This document shows positions 31,801-43,413 of a stretch of DNA of 55,883 nt, one piece after another. Where the stretch lies: the NCBI GenBank assembly GCA_019828565.1, contig JAHDYR010000019.1, forward strand, positions 1 through 55,883. The letters are read 5' to 3'. Within the stretch, counting starts at the first letter, position 1. Every line of letters starts with the position of its first letter. This DNA is from Carpediemonas membranifera BICM (taxonomy: Eukaryota; Protista; Fornicata). The translations under genes and the position numbers were made by a program. The notes beneath the pieces are model-generated. The model made no database searches. It was not told where the DNA came from and saw only the letters and a program-made list of their open reading frames with translations.

Positions 31801-32249
31801 CGGGTTATTCCCGTGGTCGTTCGCCAGAGTGGTGGTGTTGGTGCTGTGCATGGGAGAGGATGGACCGACGAGATGCGCGACGTTTTGGGCCTTGATGCCG
31901 AAACTGTTGGGCAGATTGCCGACGCGGTCATGATGGCCTGTATGCGGCAGCAAGTTCATGTGTTCCATGCGTTCATGCGCCAGGCGGATGCTGCGCACCG
32001 TCAAGCTGAGGCTAATGGCCTCAACCACTAATACTGATGTTGTTTCTGTACTTTGAGCGTGATCTGCGCGTTATTCGCGTTCGCGTTCGTTGTGACTGAG
32101 TGGAGAGTCGAAAGGGAGATTTCGGAGCGAGCAGTGCCTCAAACCCGGCATACTGACCACTAGAGTGACGTCTTCGCTGCGCTCAGGCTCGCGAAGCTCG
32201 GCTGCGCCTCGCCGCTCGCAATACAGTTCGTCCAAAAGGCAATAAACGA
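28809..32249 (+). mobile_element. CRE-clade non-LTR retrotransposon, family A, full length
   Basis: Single ORF 28811-32031 flanked by tgctccctccc(g/a). Confidence 0.9.
28811..32031 (+). CDS. RT-CCHC-RLE polyprotein, family A (frameshift in C-run near 29380)
   Basis: APGPSG, PVPKG..RGVAIG, QFGVG, LDLSNAYG, QGDPLSP, AYQDD, CPLC..HSLTC, RHD, RAD..LDV. Confidence 0.92.
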
Positions 32250-32261
32250 TGCTCCCTCCCA

Positions 32262-35200
32262 AAATGGAAATGTCGTCATTTTCTGCGCCCCAGGCTGATC
32301 CTGGAGGCCAGATGGCGATGAGAGTTTCCATAACGTCCGATTGGCGCGAAAACGCGCTTGCTCGGGACGTACAGCTTCTGCTGCAGACTGTTCGTACCGA
32401 CTACGCGAAATTCGTCAATGCTGAGTTCATTGACGCACGTTGGTGCAATGTAGAGACAGTGTTTGATACGCTGTGCTCCGAAGCGGCCATCGTCGAGCTG
32501 ATGAAGGACGTGAACAACAAGAAGATTGTGCGTTTGACGGTGAGAGCACTGAAGGACATCGTAGATTCATTCAAGCGGCTCTTAGACGCGGCGGGTGTTA
32601 CTCTTAGCAGTACTCCCAAAGCAACACCGCTGCGTTCTGCCAAAACAGCTCCGTCGGTGGCGGCCGAATTCTTCCGAGAGATCAGGAGAAACGTGATGGG
32701 CAACAACGACCCTGCCAGTCTCCTTCCATCTGTCGAAGAGGTCCACGCCCCTGGTAGCCAGCTGTCATCGCAGCCGAGCGCAGCAGCGCACGTCACCGCG
32801 GTGGGCTTCACCGCAAGCCCCCCGACTGCCCCTCCCGCTCACCCAGCCCATCGACCCGACGTGTTCCTACCACCGGGACAGGCTCTCTTCCTTGGCAAGA
32901 TCGCTCCCCCCAAGAGGGGACGCGAGAAATTCGCCAGAGGCCTGATCGAGAAGCTCAAGCGGGTGGCCCTCGTGGAGAGCGAGGACGAGAAGCGCGCGGC
33001 CCTGAGGACGGTACTCGAGTACCCGAAGGCGCTGTACGCACCGCCGGTTGCATCGAAAGGCCCCAAGCGCCGCCCGTCCAAGTGGCGTAAGGTGATGCGA
33101 CTGGTTCGCCACGGGTTCGTGTCCAAGGCAGCCACTGCGCTGGTAGCTGAGGATGCGGGCCTGTCACCACAGGAGGTGGATGTAGAGCTGAAGAGACTGC
33201 AGGAGGATTACAGTGGCCTGCGCCCAGATGTTCCGTTTAAGGACGTCCCCGCAGAGCCACTGCAGTCAGTTGAGGTGTCCGCTAGGACCCTCAAGACTGT
33301 ACTACACGCTCTAAAGGCCGAGGCGGCCCCAGGGCCGTCGGGCTTGTCCTTCCTCCATATCAGAATAGCAGCGAAGGTGGCCAGACATGACCTCATCGCC
33401 GCATTGATGCCGATCGTACAGGACATCCTGAACGGCGAGACCTACACCGCGGTATTGAGCCACTGCATCATTGTCCCGGTCCCCAAGGGGGCTGGGAAGA
33501 TCCGAGGAGTGGCCATCGGGGACTCGCTTCGGCGGGTTGCGGCGAAGGCTCTCGCCTGGGCTGTGAGGGCCCGCCTGGTCGACGTCGACCGGACCCTCAA
33601 GGATCAGTATGGGGTGGGGGAGAAGTGCGGCCTGGAGAGGCTGAGTGACAGCGTGACAAGGGTCTACAAGGAGGGAGGGACTGTTGTCTCCCTCGACTTA
33701 TCGAACGCTTATGGATGCCTATCTAGGGCGTTCATGTTCGACGTGGTACGCGCTTACATGCCTGCTCTCATGCCCTACCTGTCTACGATGTATCGCCAAG
33801 GGCTCCTATTCTCCACGTCAGGAGGAGTGATAAGGTCAGCTGAGGGCATACATCAAGGAGATCCCCTGTCCCCTATTCTGTTCAGCCTGGGCATCAAGCC
33901 CATTCTGGACGTTCTGCGCGAGGCGTTCCCGGGTTGGCACCTCCAAGCGTACCAAGACGATCTAGTCGCCACGACTGATCGGCCTTTGCAGACGCCCGGT
34001 GTCGGCCGAGAGGCTAACAACCTTGTCGAGATCGCGAGGGAGAAGTTCCTCGAAGTCGGCCTGCGGCTCAACAAGTCGAAGTGCGTTGTGGCGCACAGAG
34101 ACGTTACCGACGGCAACACCTCGGGAGGCGTCCCAAGAAGACGCAGCCTAAACCTCGTGGGCGTTCCGGTTGGGTCCGCTGCTCATGCGATGGGTGAGTT
34201 GGCCAAGGTCAACAGTCGCGTGATGCAACTCCTTAACGCTGCCGGAGAGATGGTGGCCAAGGAGGGGCCGGAGGCAACTGCCCCTGCGTTGATCATTGCG
34301 AAGTATTGTGCGCTCACAAAGTGGGAGCACTTCTTCCGAAACGTTCCCCCCGCAACGGGTGGAGTCGGCAACGGTCTCTACGAGGCTGAGCTCGGATTTG
34401 AGAAGAAAGAGGCGGTCCCGGCCATCCTCCGAATCCTGTCGAGCGAGGCTGAGGTCGATGACGACTTTGCTCTCCGCCTGAGTATGCCGGTAGAAAGACG
34501 CGGGCTTGCGCTGGCAATGCCATCAGTCGTGTGGGCTCCCGCGTTCCTCGCGGCCACGAGACAACTGGCAGGGCTGGGTGTTACACGCTCACCTGACAGC
34601 GTGACGGGTGCCATCAAGTGTCTCCCGCCCCAGCTCAACACGCCGTCGAACTGGCCTAGTGGCTTGGACGATGTGAAGGCTCTTGACGCCGACCACACGC
34701 AGAAGAACTTGGTTCGCCTCGTTGAGGAATCTATTGCCACCAAGCTCTCTGTGAGTGCCGCCGTCTCGCCCAACGTCGTTCGGTCGTTCATGATGGTCGA
34801 CCCGACCTCTCTTGGGCGCTCGGTAACCGATGCCGCTGTTGCCCCCATCTTCCGCAATCACCTGGGCCTCCCCGCATTCACGCCCGGATTTGACGTCTGC
34901 CCTCTCTGCAGGGTACGCACCGTGAACCACCAGTCCGTTGTGTGCAACGCTACTCACACCCTGTGCTGCCCATGCCTCCGTGGAGGCCTGGACGACGAGC
35001 GTCACAACGCTATCAAGGACGGGCTGGTGAGAGACCTGAAGGGTTATGGCTGGAGAGTCCAGTCCAAGGTGTGGTTGAACAAGGCCAGTGAGTGGACCAT
35101 TGACCGGACCAAGCCTATGAAGGCGCGGGCGGACATCCTCCCTCACGAAACCTGGCGTGAAGGCAATCGTCATTGACAACGTCGTCAGCAACCACGTGTC

Positions 35201-35696
35201 TCAGGCCATGACGAGCAAGCGCGCCCAGTACTCCAACTGGGACGTCAAGCTCATACCCGCGGTGACGCTTCACAACGGTGACGTTGGAAGAGTGCACGGA
35301 AGGGGCTGGACGGACGATTTGCGCGATGAACTTGGTCTTAAGGCTGAGCAGGTCCGCGAGATGGCTGATAACGCTTTCTTGGCGTGCATGAGAGGGCAAG
35401 TGCACACATATGCAGCGTTCATCAAGCAATGCGACGCAGCACATGCTGCAGCAGAGGATTTGGGCCTCTCCCACTAATTGTTACTCAATTCTGATATTGG
35501 TGTAGCAATCGGCTCGTGCAGAGCGCTTCAGAGTGTTCTTGTTGGTTTTGTTGACTCGCCAGCGACTCACTGGATGGAGCGACGGAGGACCCCGACGCAC
35601 CCCATAGCCTCAAACTGCTTCGCTGCGCTCAGGCTCGCGAAGCTCGGCTGCGCCTCGCCGCTCGCTAGACAGTTTGTCGTTGATTACATAAAAGTT
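32262..35696 (+). mobile_element. CRE-clade non-LTR retrotransposon, family B, full length
   Basis: ORF 32264-35477 plus family-specific 3' UTR, flanked by the 12-mer. Confidence 0.9.
32264..35477 (+). CDS. RT-CCHC-RLE polyprotein, family B (indel near 35141)
   Basis: QYGVG, QGDPLSP, AYQDD, CPLC..HTLCC, RHN, RAD..IDN. Confidence 0.92.
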
Positions 35697-35708
35697 TGCT
35701 CCCTCCCG

Positions 35709-38700
35709 AAATGGAAATGTCGTCATTTTCTGCGCCCCAGGCTGATCCTGGAGGCCAGATGGCGATGAGAGTTTCCATAACGTCCGATTGGCGCGAAAAC
35801 GCGCTTGTTCGGGACGTACAGCTTCTGCTGCAGACTGTTCGTACCGACTACGCGAAATTCGTCAATGCTGAGTTCATTGACGCACGTTGGTGCAATGTAG
35901 AGACAGTGTTTGATACGCTGTGCTCCGAAGCGGCCATCGTCGAGCTGATGAAGGACGTGAACAACAAGAAGATTGTGCGTTTGACGGTGAGAGCACTGAA
36001 GGACATCGTAGATTCCTTCAAGCGGCTCTTAGACGCGGCGGGTGTTACTCTTAGCAGTACTCCCAAAGCAACACCGCTGCGTTCTGCCAAAACAGCTCCG
36101 TCGGTGGCGGCCGAATTCTTCCGAGAGATCAGGAGAAACGTGATGGGCAACAACGACCCTGCCAGTCTCCTTCCATCTGTCGAAGAGGTCCACGCCCCTG
36201 GTAGCCAGCTGTCATCGCAGCCGAGCGCAGCAGCGCACGTCACCGCGGTGGGCTTCACCGCAAGCCCCCCGACTGCCCCCTCCCGCTCACCCAGCCCATC
36301 GACCCGACGTGTTCCTACCACCGGGACAGGCTCTCTTCCTTGGCAAGATCGCTCCCCCCAAGAGGGGACGCGAGAAATTCGCCAGAGGCCTGATCGAGAA
36401 GCTCAAGCGGGTGGCCCTCGTGGAGAGCGAGGACGAGAAGCGCGCGGCCCTGAGGACGGTACTCGAGTACCCGAAGGCGCTGTACGCACCGCCGGTTGCA
36501 TCGAAAGGCCCCAAGCGCCGCCCGTCCAAGTGGCGTAAGGTGATGCGACTGGTTCGCCACGGGTTCGTGTCCAAGGCAGCCACTGCGCTGGTAGCTGAGG
36601 ATGCGGGCCTGTCACCACAGGAGGTGGATGTAGAGCTGAAGAGACTGCAGGAGGATTACAGTGGCCTGCGCCCAGATGTTCCGTTTAAGGACGTCCCCGC
36701 AGAGCCACTGCAGTCAGTTGAGGTGTCCGCTAGGACCCTCAAGACTGTACTACACGCTCTAAAGGCCGAGGCGGCCCCAGGGCCGTCGGGCTTGTCCTTC
36801 CTCCATATCAGAATAGCAGCGAAGGTGGCCAGACATGACCTCATCGCCGCATTGATGCCGATCGTACAGGACATCCTGAACGGCGAGACCTACACCGCGG
36901 TATTGAGCCACTGCATCATTGTCCCGGTCCCCAAGGGGGCTGGGAAGATCCGAGGAGTGGCCATCGGGGACTCGCTTCGGCGGGTTGCGGCGAAGGCTCT
37001 CGCCTGGGCTGTGAGGGCCCGCCTGGTCGACGTCGACCGGACCCTCAAGGATCAGTATGGGGTGGGGGAGAAGTGCGGCCTGGAGAGGCTGAGTGACAGC
37101 GTGACCAGGGTCTACGAGGAGGGAGGAACTGTTGTCTCCCTCGACTTATCGAACGCTTATGGATGCCTATCTAGGGCGTTCATGTTCGACGTGGTACGCG
37201 CTTACATGCCTGCTCTCATGCCCTACCTGTCTACGATGTATCGCCAAGGGCTCCTATTCTCCACGTCAGGAGGAGTGATGAGGTCAGCTGAGGGCATACA
37301 TCAAGGAGATCCCCTGTCCCCTATTCTGTTCAGCCTGGGCATCAAGCCCATTCTGGACGTTCTGCGCGAGGCGTTCCCGGGTTGGCACCTCCAAGCGTAC
37401 CAAGACGATCTAGTCGCCACGACTGATCGGCCTTTGCAGACGCCCGGTGTCGGCCGAGAGGCTAACAACCTTGTCGAGATCGCGAGGGAGAAGTTCCTCG
37501 AAGTCGGCCTGCGGCTCAACAAGTCGAAGTGCGTTGTGGCGCACAGAGACGTTACCGACGGCAACACCTCGGGAGGCGTCCCAAGAAGACGCAGCCTAAA
37601 CCTCGTGGGCGTTCCGGTTGGGTCCGCTGCTCATGCGATGGGTGAGTTGGCCAAGGTCAACAGTCGCGTGATGCAACTCCTTAACGCTGCCGGAGAGATG
37701 GTGGCCAAGGAGGGGCCGGAGGCAACTGCCCCTGCGTTGATCATTGCGAAGTATTGTGCGCTCACAAAGTGGGAGCACTTCTTCCGTAACGTTCCCCCCG
37801 CAACGGGTGGAGTCGGCAACGGTCTCTACGAGGCTGAGCTCGGATTTGAGAAGAAAGAGGCGGTCCCGGCCATCCTCCGAATCCTGTCGAGCGAGGCTGA
37901 GGTCGATGACGACTTTGCTCTCCGCCTGAGTATGCCGGTCGAAAGACGCGGGCTTGCGCTGGCAATGCCATCAGTCGTGTGGGCTCCCGCGTTCCTCGCG
38001 GCCACGAGACAACTGGCAGGGCTGGGTGTTACACGCTCACCTGACAGCGTGACGGGTGCCATCAAGTGTCTCCCGCCCCAGCTCAACACGCCGTCGAACT
38101 GGCCTAGTGGCTTGGACGATGTGAAGGCTCTTGACGCCGACCACACGCAGAAGAACTTGGTTCGCCTCGTTGAGGAATCTATTGCCACCAAGCTCTCTGT
38201 GAGTGCCGCCGTCTCGCCCAACGTCGTTCGGTCGTTCATGATGGTCGACCCGACCTCTCTTGGGCGCTCGGTAACCGATGCCGCTGTTGCCCCCATCTTC
38301 CGCAATCACCTGGGCCTCCCCGCATTCACGCCCGGATTTGACGTCTGCCCTCTCTGCAGGGTACGCACCGTGAACCACCAGTCCGTTGTGTGCAACGCTA
38401 CTCACACCCTGTGCTGCCCATGCCTCCGTGGAGGCCTGGACGACGAGCGTCACAACGCTATCAAGGACGGGCTGGTGAGAGACCTGAAGGGTTATGGCTG
38501 GAGAGTCCAGTCCGAGGTGTGGTTGAACAAGGCCAGTGAGTGGACCATTGACCGGACCAAGCCTATGAAGGCGCGGGCGGACATCCTCCTCACGAAACCT
38601 GGCGTGAAGGCAATCGTCATTGACAACGTCGTCAGCAACCACGTGTCTCAGGCCATGACGAGCAAGCGCGCCCAGTACTCCAACTGGGACGTCAAGCTCA

Positions 38701-38865
38701 TACCCGCGGTGACGCTTCACAACGGTGACGTTGGAAGAGTGCACGGAAGGGGCTGGACGGACGATTTGCGCGATGAACTTGGTCTTAAGGCTGAGCAGGT
38801 CCGCGAGATGGCTGATAACGCTTTCTTGGCGTGCATGAGAGGGCAAGTGCACACATATGCAGCGT
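35709..38865 (+). mobile_element. Family B retrotransposon, 3'-truncated
   Basis: ORF 35711-38867 (indel near 36280). Identity to family B stops at cacatatgcagcgt, so the last codons and 3' UTR are lost. Confidence 0.9.
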
Positions 38866-40000
38866 AGCGGACTCTGGCCGGCGGGGGATCGCTCTGCAGG
38901 ACAGCAAGCGGCAGAAGTACCTCTCACGAGTCAGGGAGGCCTTGGCATCGGGGGCCACGACACACAGCATGCAGCGGTTGTTGGGCAATCTCGGCTTTGC
39001 AGCCATCATTTGGCCGGAGGGCCGAGCCGCTATCAGACCCCTCCAGAGAGCCCAACTGAAGGACCGCTACCGCACACTCATATCCGGCGAAGCGAGAGAA
39101 GCACTGATCCAATGGGAGCGCCGCTTATCACGGCCATCTCCGATAAGGTCCTTCCAAGAGCTGCTTCACCTGTGGGGTCTGTCTCCGACGCTCCACATCA
39201 CAGCGATGACAGACGCCTCTCTCTCAGGACTCGGCGGAGTGATCACAATCCCGGGCCGTCAACCCTTCACCTTCACCAGGCCGGCCCCGGTGGACGAGCA
39301 CATCACATTGCTCGAGTTCCGAGCAGTGGAACAAGCAGTGAGACTGATCCTAGCAGAGCCGTTGACAGACGCGGAGGTCACCATCTACTCCGACTCGGTG
39401 GCAGCAGTCAGCTGGTGGAACAAGCAAGGCTCAACCAAGGCTCCGCAGTTTGTAGACTCAGTCATACGGGACCTGCTACCCACACTGAGCGAAAGGGCCA
39501 TCAGGATAAGGCTCCTTCACGTCTCTGGTCACTTGAACGTCCAAGCCGACGCATTGTCGAGGTCCGAAACGCTCTCAGCGCCTCGTCGGATCATCGACAG
39601 GATCACAGCCGAGTGGGGTCCCATGCAGAAAGAGATCTGGCCCTCCGAGTGGCTTGGAGCTCGAGTAGAACACAGCCCGTCGACGGTCGACGACAGCAGG
39701 TTCATAGACATGGACTGGTCGACAGGAAGGTGGCTAGCAGTGACACCCTTCGCGCTCCTATCAGCAGTATATGCAAAGCTGTGCCACCTCCACATTGCAA
39801 GGACCACACAGCCGAGATCCCTACCAAGTGCCCTCGTCCTGCTAGTGTCCGACTGCAGATCGCCGACGGCAGTTGCGCTGAGAGAGCTGACTCCGCACCG
39901 CATGTTCTTCAGAGTCAAAGCGGAGGACGCGGACCTATCAGCGATCACCCCCTGCAGGCGGACGGCACATACCGATTGGCGGCCCTGTTTGTGGGAGTGA
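38866..40000 (+). pseudogene. DIRS-type pol fragment: RT thumb, RNase H, degenerate methyltransferase-like domain
   Basis: TDASLSG, HITLLE, YSDS, HVSGHLNVQADALSR, then WGP..DW..TPFALL. Confidence 0.85.
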
Positions 40001-40028
40001 CATCTTCACCATCTCCCTCGAGGGTGAC

Positions 40029-40893
40029 ATGTTAAGTGGATTCGTAGACAAGCGCCACGTCGCGGGTGTGCTCCAACAGTTCTCGGGTTTCTGGGGTGCC
40101 CTTCCACCTGACACTAGCAGCATCGAAGTCATAAGAGCATGGGCCAAGGACCAAGCCTCGAGGGTCACCAAGGATACAATCACCTCGAAGTGGAGCCTAA
40201 TCCGTCGCTTCTTCGGCCGGGTGTCATCATGGGAACCACCGCTGGACGCCGACGCAGTCATCAAAGAGCAGGCAAGGAACGCTCTTGGGAAGCTTAGAGG
40301 GCCTGCTCTCCCGATTCGCGCGCACACTCTGGTTGACAGGCTTCGGGCTGCCCACCCTCAGTCTCGAGACGACGACCTTTGGAAGGAGGCTTTCGCCTTT
40401 GCACTGACCACCTACGCCACGACCTCCAGGCCAGGAGAGATCTATGCCCTGCATGTTGGTGACGTTAGAGCGGAGAGCGCGCCGCGGGCTAAGAATCTCC
40501 ATCCACGGCACTAAGACCCGGCGAGTGGTCGTTGAGAAGCTCGTCCCGAGAGTCGACGGGGAGCTAGACCCGGCTCACTGGCTATCTGAGGTCCTAGTCA
40601 ATAGGATAGATGCAGGCGCGGTGGCCGAAGACCCTCTCTGGTCGCACCCCTACTCAGTCATTGAGGACCAGGTGAAGGGCATCATCTCCACGCAGGCTCG
40701 GCTGCACGGTCTGCGCCGCGGGAGCGCGGCTGACCTGGTTCTGATGGGTATCCCTATCCCGGTTGTTGCGGCGAAGGGCACATGGGCTGACCAGAACTCA
40801 TTGATCCGTTATGTGGAAGACGTGCTTCGCCTGGACTACAGCACGTCCGTAGCCCCGTTCAGAGCCTTATTAGAGAAGGATAAGAAGAGATAA
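40029..40893 (+). CDS. Tyrosine recombinase (frameshift near 40470)
   Basis: SRPGE (R), GTKT (K), HGLRRG (HxxR), GTW, IRY (Y). Confidence 0.88.
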
Positions 40894-41253
40894 GCCCCTC
40901 AAAGCCATTGAGGAGTGGCTGCGAGGGGTATGATTGTGGGCCTTAGTGAGGCTAATCATAAACCTTGATGGACAAGGTGATATTGGCTATTTGGAAGCCG
41001 TTAAGGCTTTAGAGTCTCTTTTAGGCTCGATGGTTCAATAATTGCGCATCAGATGAAGAAATTGCGCAACAAAAGTGAAAAATCGCTAGAACTCCTCAAC
41101 GAAGCGCCGTTGAGGGCTATAGACCTCGTTTTGAGCTCTTTGTGTTGGCATATGCAATGAATTGCAGCCGGGGCACAGCTTGCATGAAAGACATCGAGAG
41201 TGTCTTAAAGTGCACCGATCGGCTGCAATCGCTTGGGCGGCGACTGGTTCCCT

Positions 41254-41606
41254 GTGGGAATGGACGGAGTCTACCGGATCGTCAGCCTGTCTGACTGGCA
41301 AGGCCAGCGGAGCCAAAACTTCGGCGCGAGAGGTCGAGGATGATTCGATACGATCTCAAAGACGGGATCGTGCGTCTCATAAGGGCGGTTCAGTTGTTCA
41401 AGAGCGAACTGAAACCGCGGGGCAGCCTTGCTCCCGATCCCCTCCTTCGGAGGGTGACGCTCGGCATTACGTAAGGTCGAGCGAGGTAATTTACTCCGGC
41501 TTACACAGAGATAGACCCGGGACGATGCGAGAACGCGACACAATAAATTACCTACCCCCCCCCCGTGGGAATGGACGGAGTCTACCGGATCGTCAGCCTG
41601 TCTGAC
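41254..41606 (+). repeat. 42-bp direct repeat pair (41254-41295, 41565-41606)
   Basis: gtgggaatggacggagtctaccggatcgtcagcctgtctgac occurs twice. Confidence 0.9.
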
Positions 41607-41886
41607 CCGAGACCAACGGCGACGTGACAATTCCGCGACGGGGCGGAGACACGCCAAGTGCGGCGTCCTGGGCAAGCCTCCTGTTGGTTCATCAATAGAT
41701 TATTTAATAGTCTTGAGTCGTCCAGCTCGACACATGGGTGTCGAGCTCTATTCTTTGTAAAGCTTTGTTCTCACGAACCCACACTCCGAGATCCGGGAGA
41801 TCCGAGGTGAATCTTTATGAGATTTGATAGGCGATTTGATTGATGATTCGTTTGGCGGGAGGAGATCGAATCAGGCAGAAGGAGAG

Positions 41887-42530
41887 ATGGAAGGAGAAGC
41901 AGAAGAAGTCAGAGCCCCTGACGAGCAGGGGAACGTCCAACCAGTCGAAGAAGATGAGCTTAAGGTCCTACGCAAGGAACTACTCCTCATGAACGCTCGT
42001 GTGCAGGAGCTGCAGAGGAACGCCCGCAACGAGGGCTGGTGTGGTGAGGCGCAGTTTAAGGTTTTGGTTTTTGACCATTTTCACCACTGCGGTTTCCAGG
42101 AGTAAATCAGTTCTCATCCATTAATTGGAAAGTTCCCTTCAAGGCCAAACCAAGCACACTGGTCCAAGCCTCAGTCCTCCTCAATGCGCGAGGAAGCTGA
42201 TTGGATCGAGCGCATATACCGTATGATGCGCTACAAGGAGCCGATCGACATCGACGTCATCTTGCTCGAGCTCTACGCACGCCACCGATCTCTCGACATC
42301 AAGGACCGTTACGGCTACCAGGCAGCCGCAGCTGTGAGCATCGCTTCAAAGGCTTTCATCGCCACCCCGCCGAGAGACGCCCAACACGCCGATGTTGCCA
42401 CGCGCCAACTGGAGCTCGAGCAGCGCATTCTTCACACGCTGGCAAAATTTCCCCGTCTGGCTCAGCAAGAGCGCTCCGCCTTCAAGGCGGGCAAGCCCGG
42501 ACCGAAAAGAAGTGTGCCGGACCCGCAGTT
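41887..42530 (+). pseudogene. Possible DIRS-type gag/ORF1 fragment
   Basis: Coiled-coil N-terminus and RHRSLDIKDRYGYQAA resemble DIRS ORF1. Interrupted by 72 nt (42061-42132). Confidence 0.4.
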
Positions 42531-42699
42531 TAGCGTTATGGGGTTTTGCCTTTTTCGCCACAATAGGGTTCATTGGAGTAAACACTTTTCCGCCTTTGCT
42601 TTGTTTCGCCACAATATCGATATTAGGCACAGATGAACCATCTTCAGCTTGTTACACCGCCTTTTTTGGCGAACTTATATGACGAGCCTGCTTTTCTGC

Positions 42700-43140
42700 G
42701 CTGGAACGAGGCCTATGAAACTTATGCCGCAACCGTGCAAGGTCGATGTCGGCTCTCGTAAGGCTGTAGATCTTCTTGCCGCGCGACATTGTCACGTAAC
42801 ACATCACGCCGAACAGGCACCACTGTCTGCGGATCTCGTCTGAGGTGTTGAAACCCTGGAGGGCCTTCTGCAGCTCCCCCCTCCGGATAGGAGTTGCGCC
42901 TCCCGTCATGTGCTCAGTAGTCGCGTGTCGTTGTGCCTCCTTGGTGACTCGGTCGGCCTGAGTCGGGCTAGTCCAGGTGCAGTATAAAGGTGCCAGTTTC
43001 TGGATCCAGTGGCTCTTGAGAGATAGCGTGTTTGGGGTGGTAGCTTCTGGGAAAGGAGGGAGACCCAATGTCTCAGCGCGTCGATCTTCTCCTTCGGCAG
43101 GACATAGGAGGGTACGAGTGGGTCTGGCATGTCCTTCTGG
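42700..43140 (-). pseudogene. Fragment of a second, diverged tyrosine recombinase
   Basis: WTSPTQADRVTKE..ATPIRRGEL..CYVTMSRGKKIYSL aligns by eye with WEPPLDADAVIKE..ALPIRAHTL..TYATTSRPGEIYAL of 40029. Confidence 0.65.
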
Positions 43141-43196
43141 AGTGGTCGTAGGGAGAGCATGGCCTGCTGCGAGAGTCCTCCGGAGTGAACACCACA

Positions 43197-43269
43197 GCTC
43201 CTTTAGCTCAGTTGGTAGAGCGTGTGATTAGTAATCACAAGGTCCTCGGTTCGAATCCGGGAGGGAGCA
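43197..43269 (+). tRNA. tRNA-Thr(AGT)
   Basis: GCTCCTT/AGGGAGC acceptor, GCTC-AGTTGGTA-GAGC D arm, TGTGA-TTAGTAA-TCACA anticodon arm, CTCGG-TTCGAAT-CCGGG T arm. No encoded CCA. Confidence 0.97.
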
Positions 43270-43401
43270 AACTTTTATGTAATCAACGACAAACTGTCTA
43301 GCGAGCGGCGAGGCGCAGCCGAGCTTCGCGAGCCTGAGCGCAGCGAAGCAGTTTGAGGCTATGGGGTGCGTCGGGGTCCTCCGTCGCTCCATCCAGTGAG
43401 T
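43270..43401 (-). mobile_element. 5'-truncated family B insertion (132 bp)
   Basis: Matches the end of the B 3' UTR. Flanked by cgggagggagca at 43258 and 43402. Confidence 0.92.
43273..43276 (+). terminator. Probable Pol III terminator (TTTT) supplied by the retroelement 3' end
   Basis: T4 run 3 nt after the discriminator base, within family B terminal sequence. Confidence 0.5.
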
Positions 43402-43413
43402 CGGGAGGGAGCA

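Larger units (their letters stand above)
38866..41700 (+). mobile_element. DIRS/PAT-like tyrosine-recombinase retrotransposon, 5'-truncated
   Basis: RT thumb, RNase H and MT-like domain followed by YR, then a noncoding tail with 42-bp direct repeats. Right boundary approximate. Confidence 0.8.

Noticed and set aside
29452-32031. Group II intron, retron or DGR reverse transcriptase
   Set aside because: CCHC plus RLE C-terminus, QFGVG motif, TSDs and 5' truncation indicate a eukaryotic non-LTR element.
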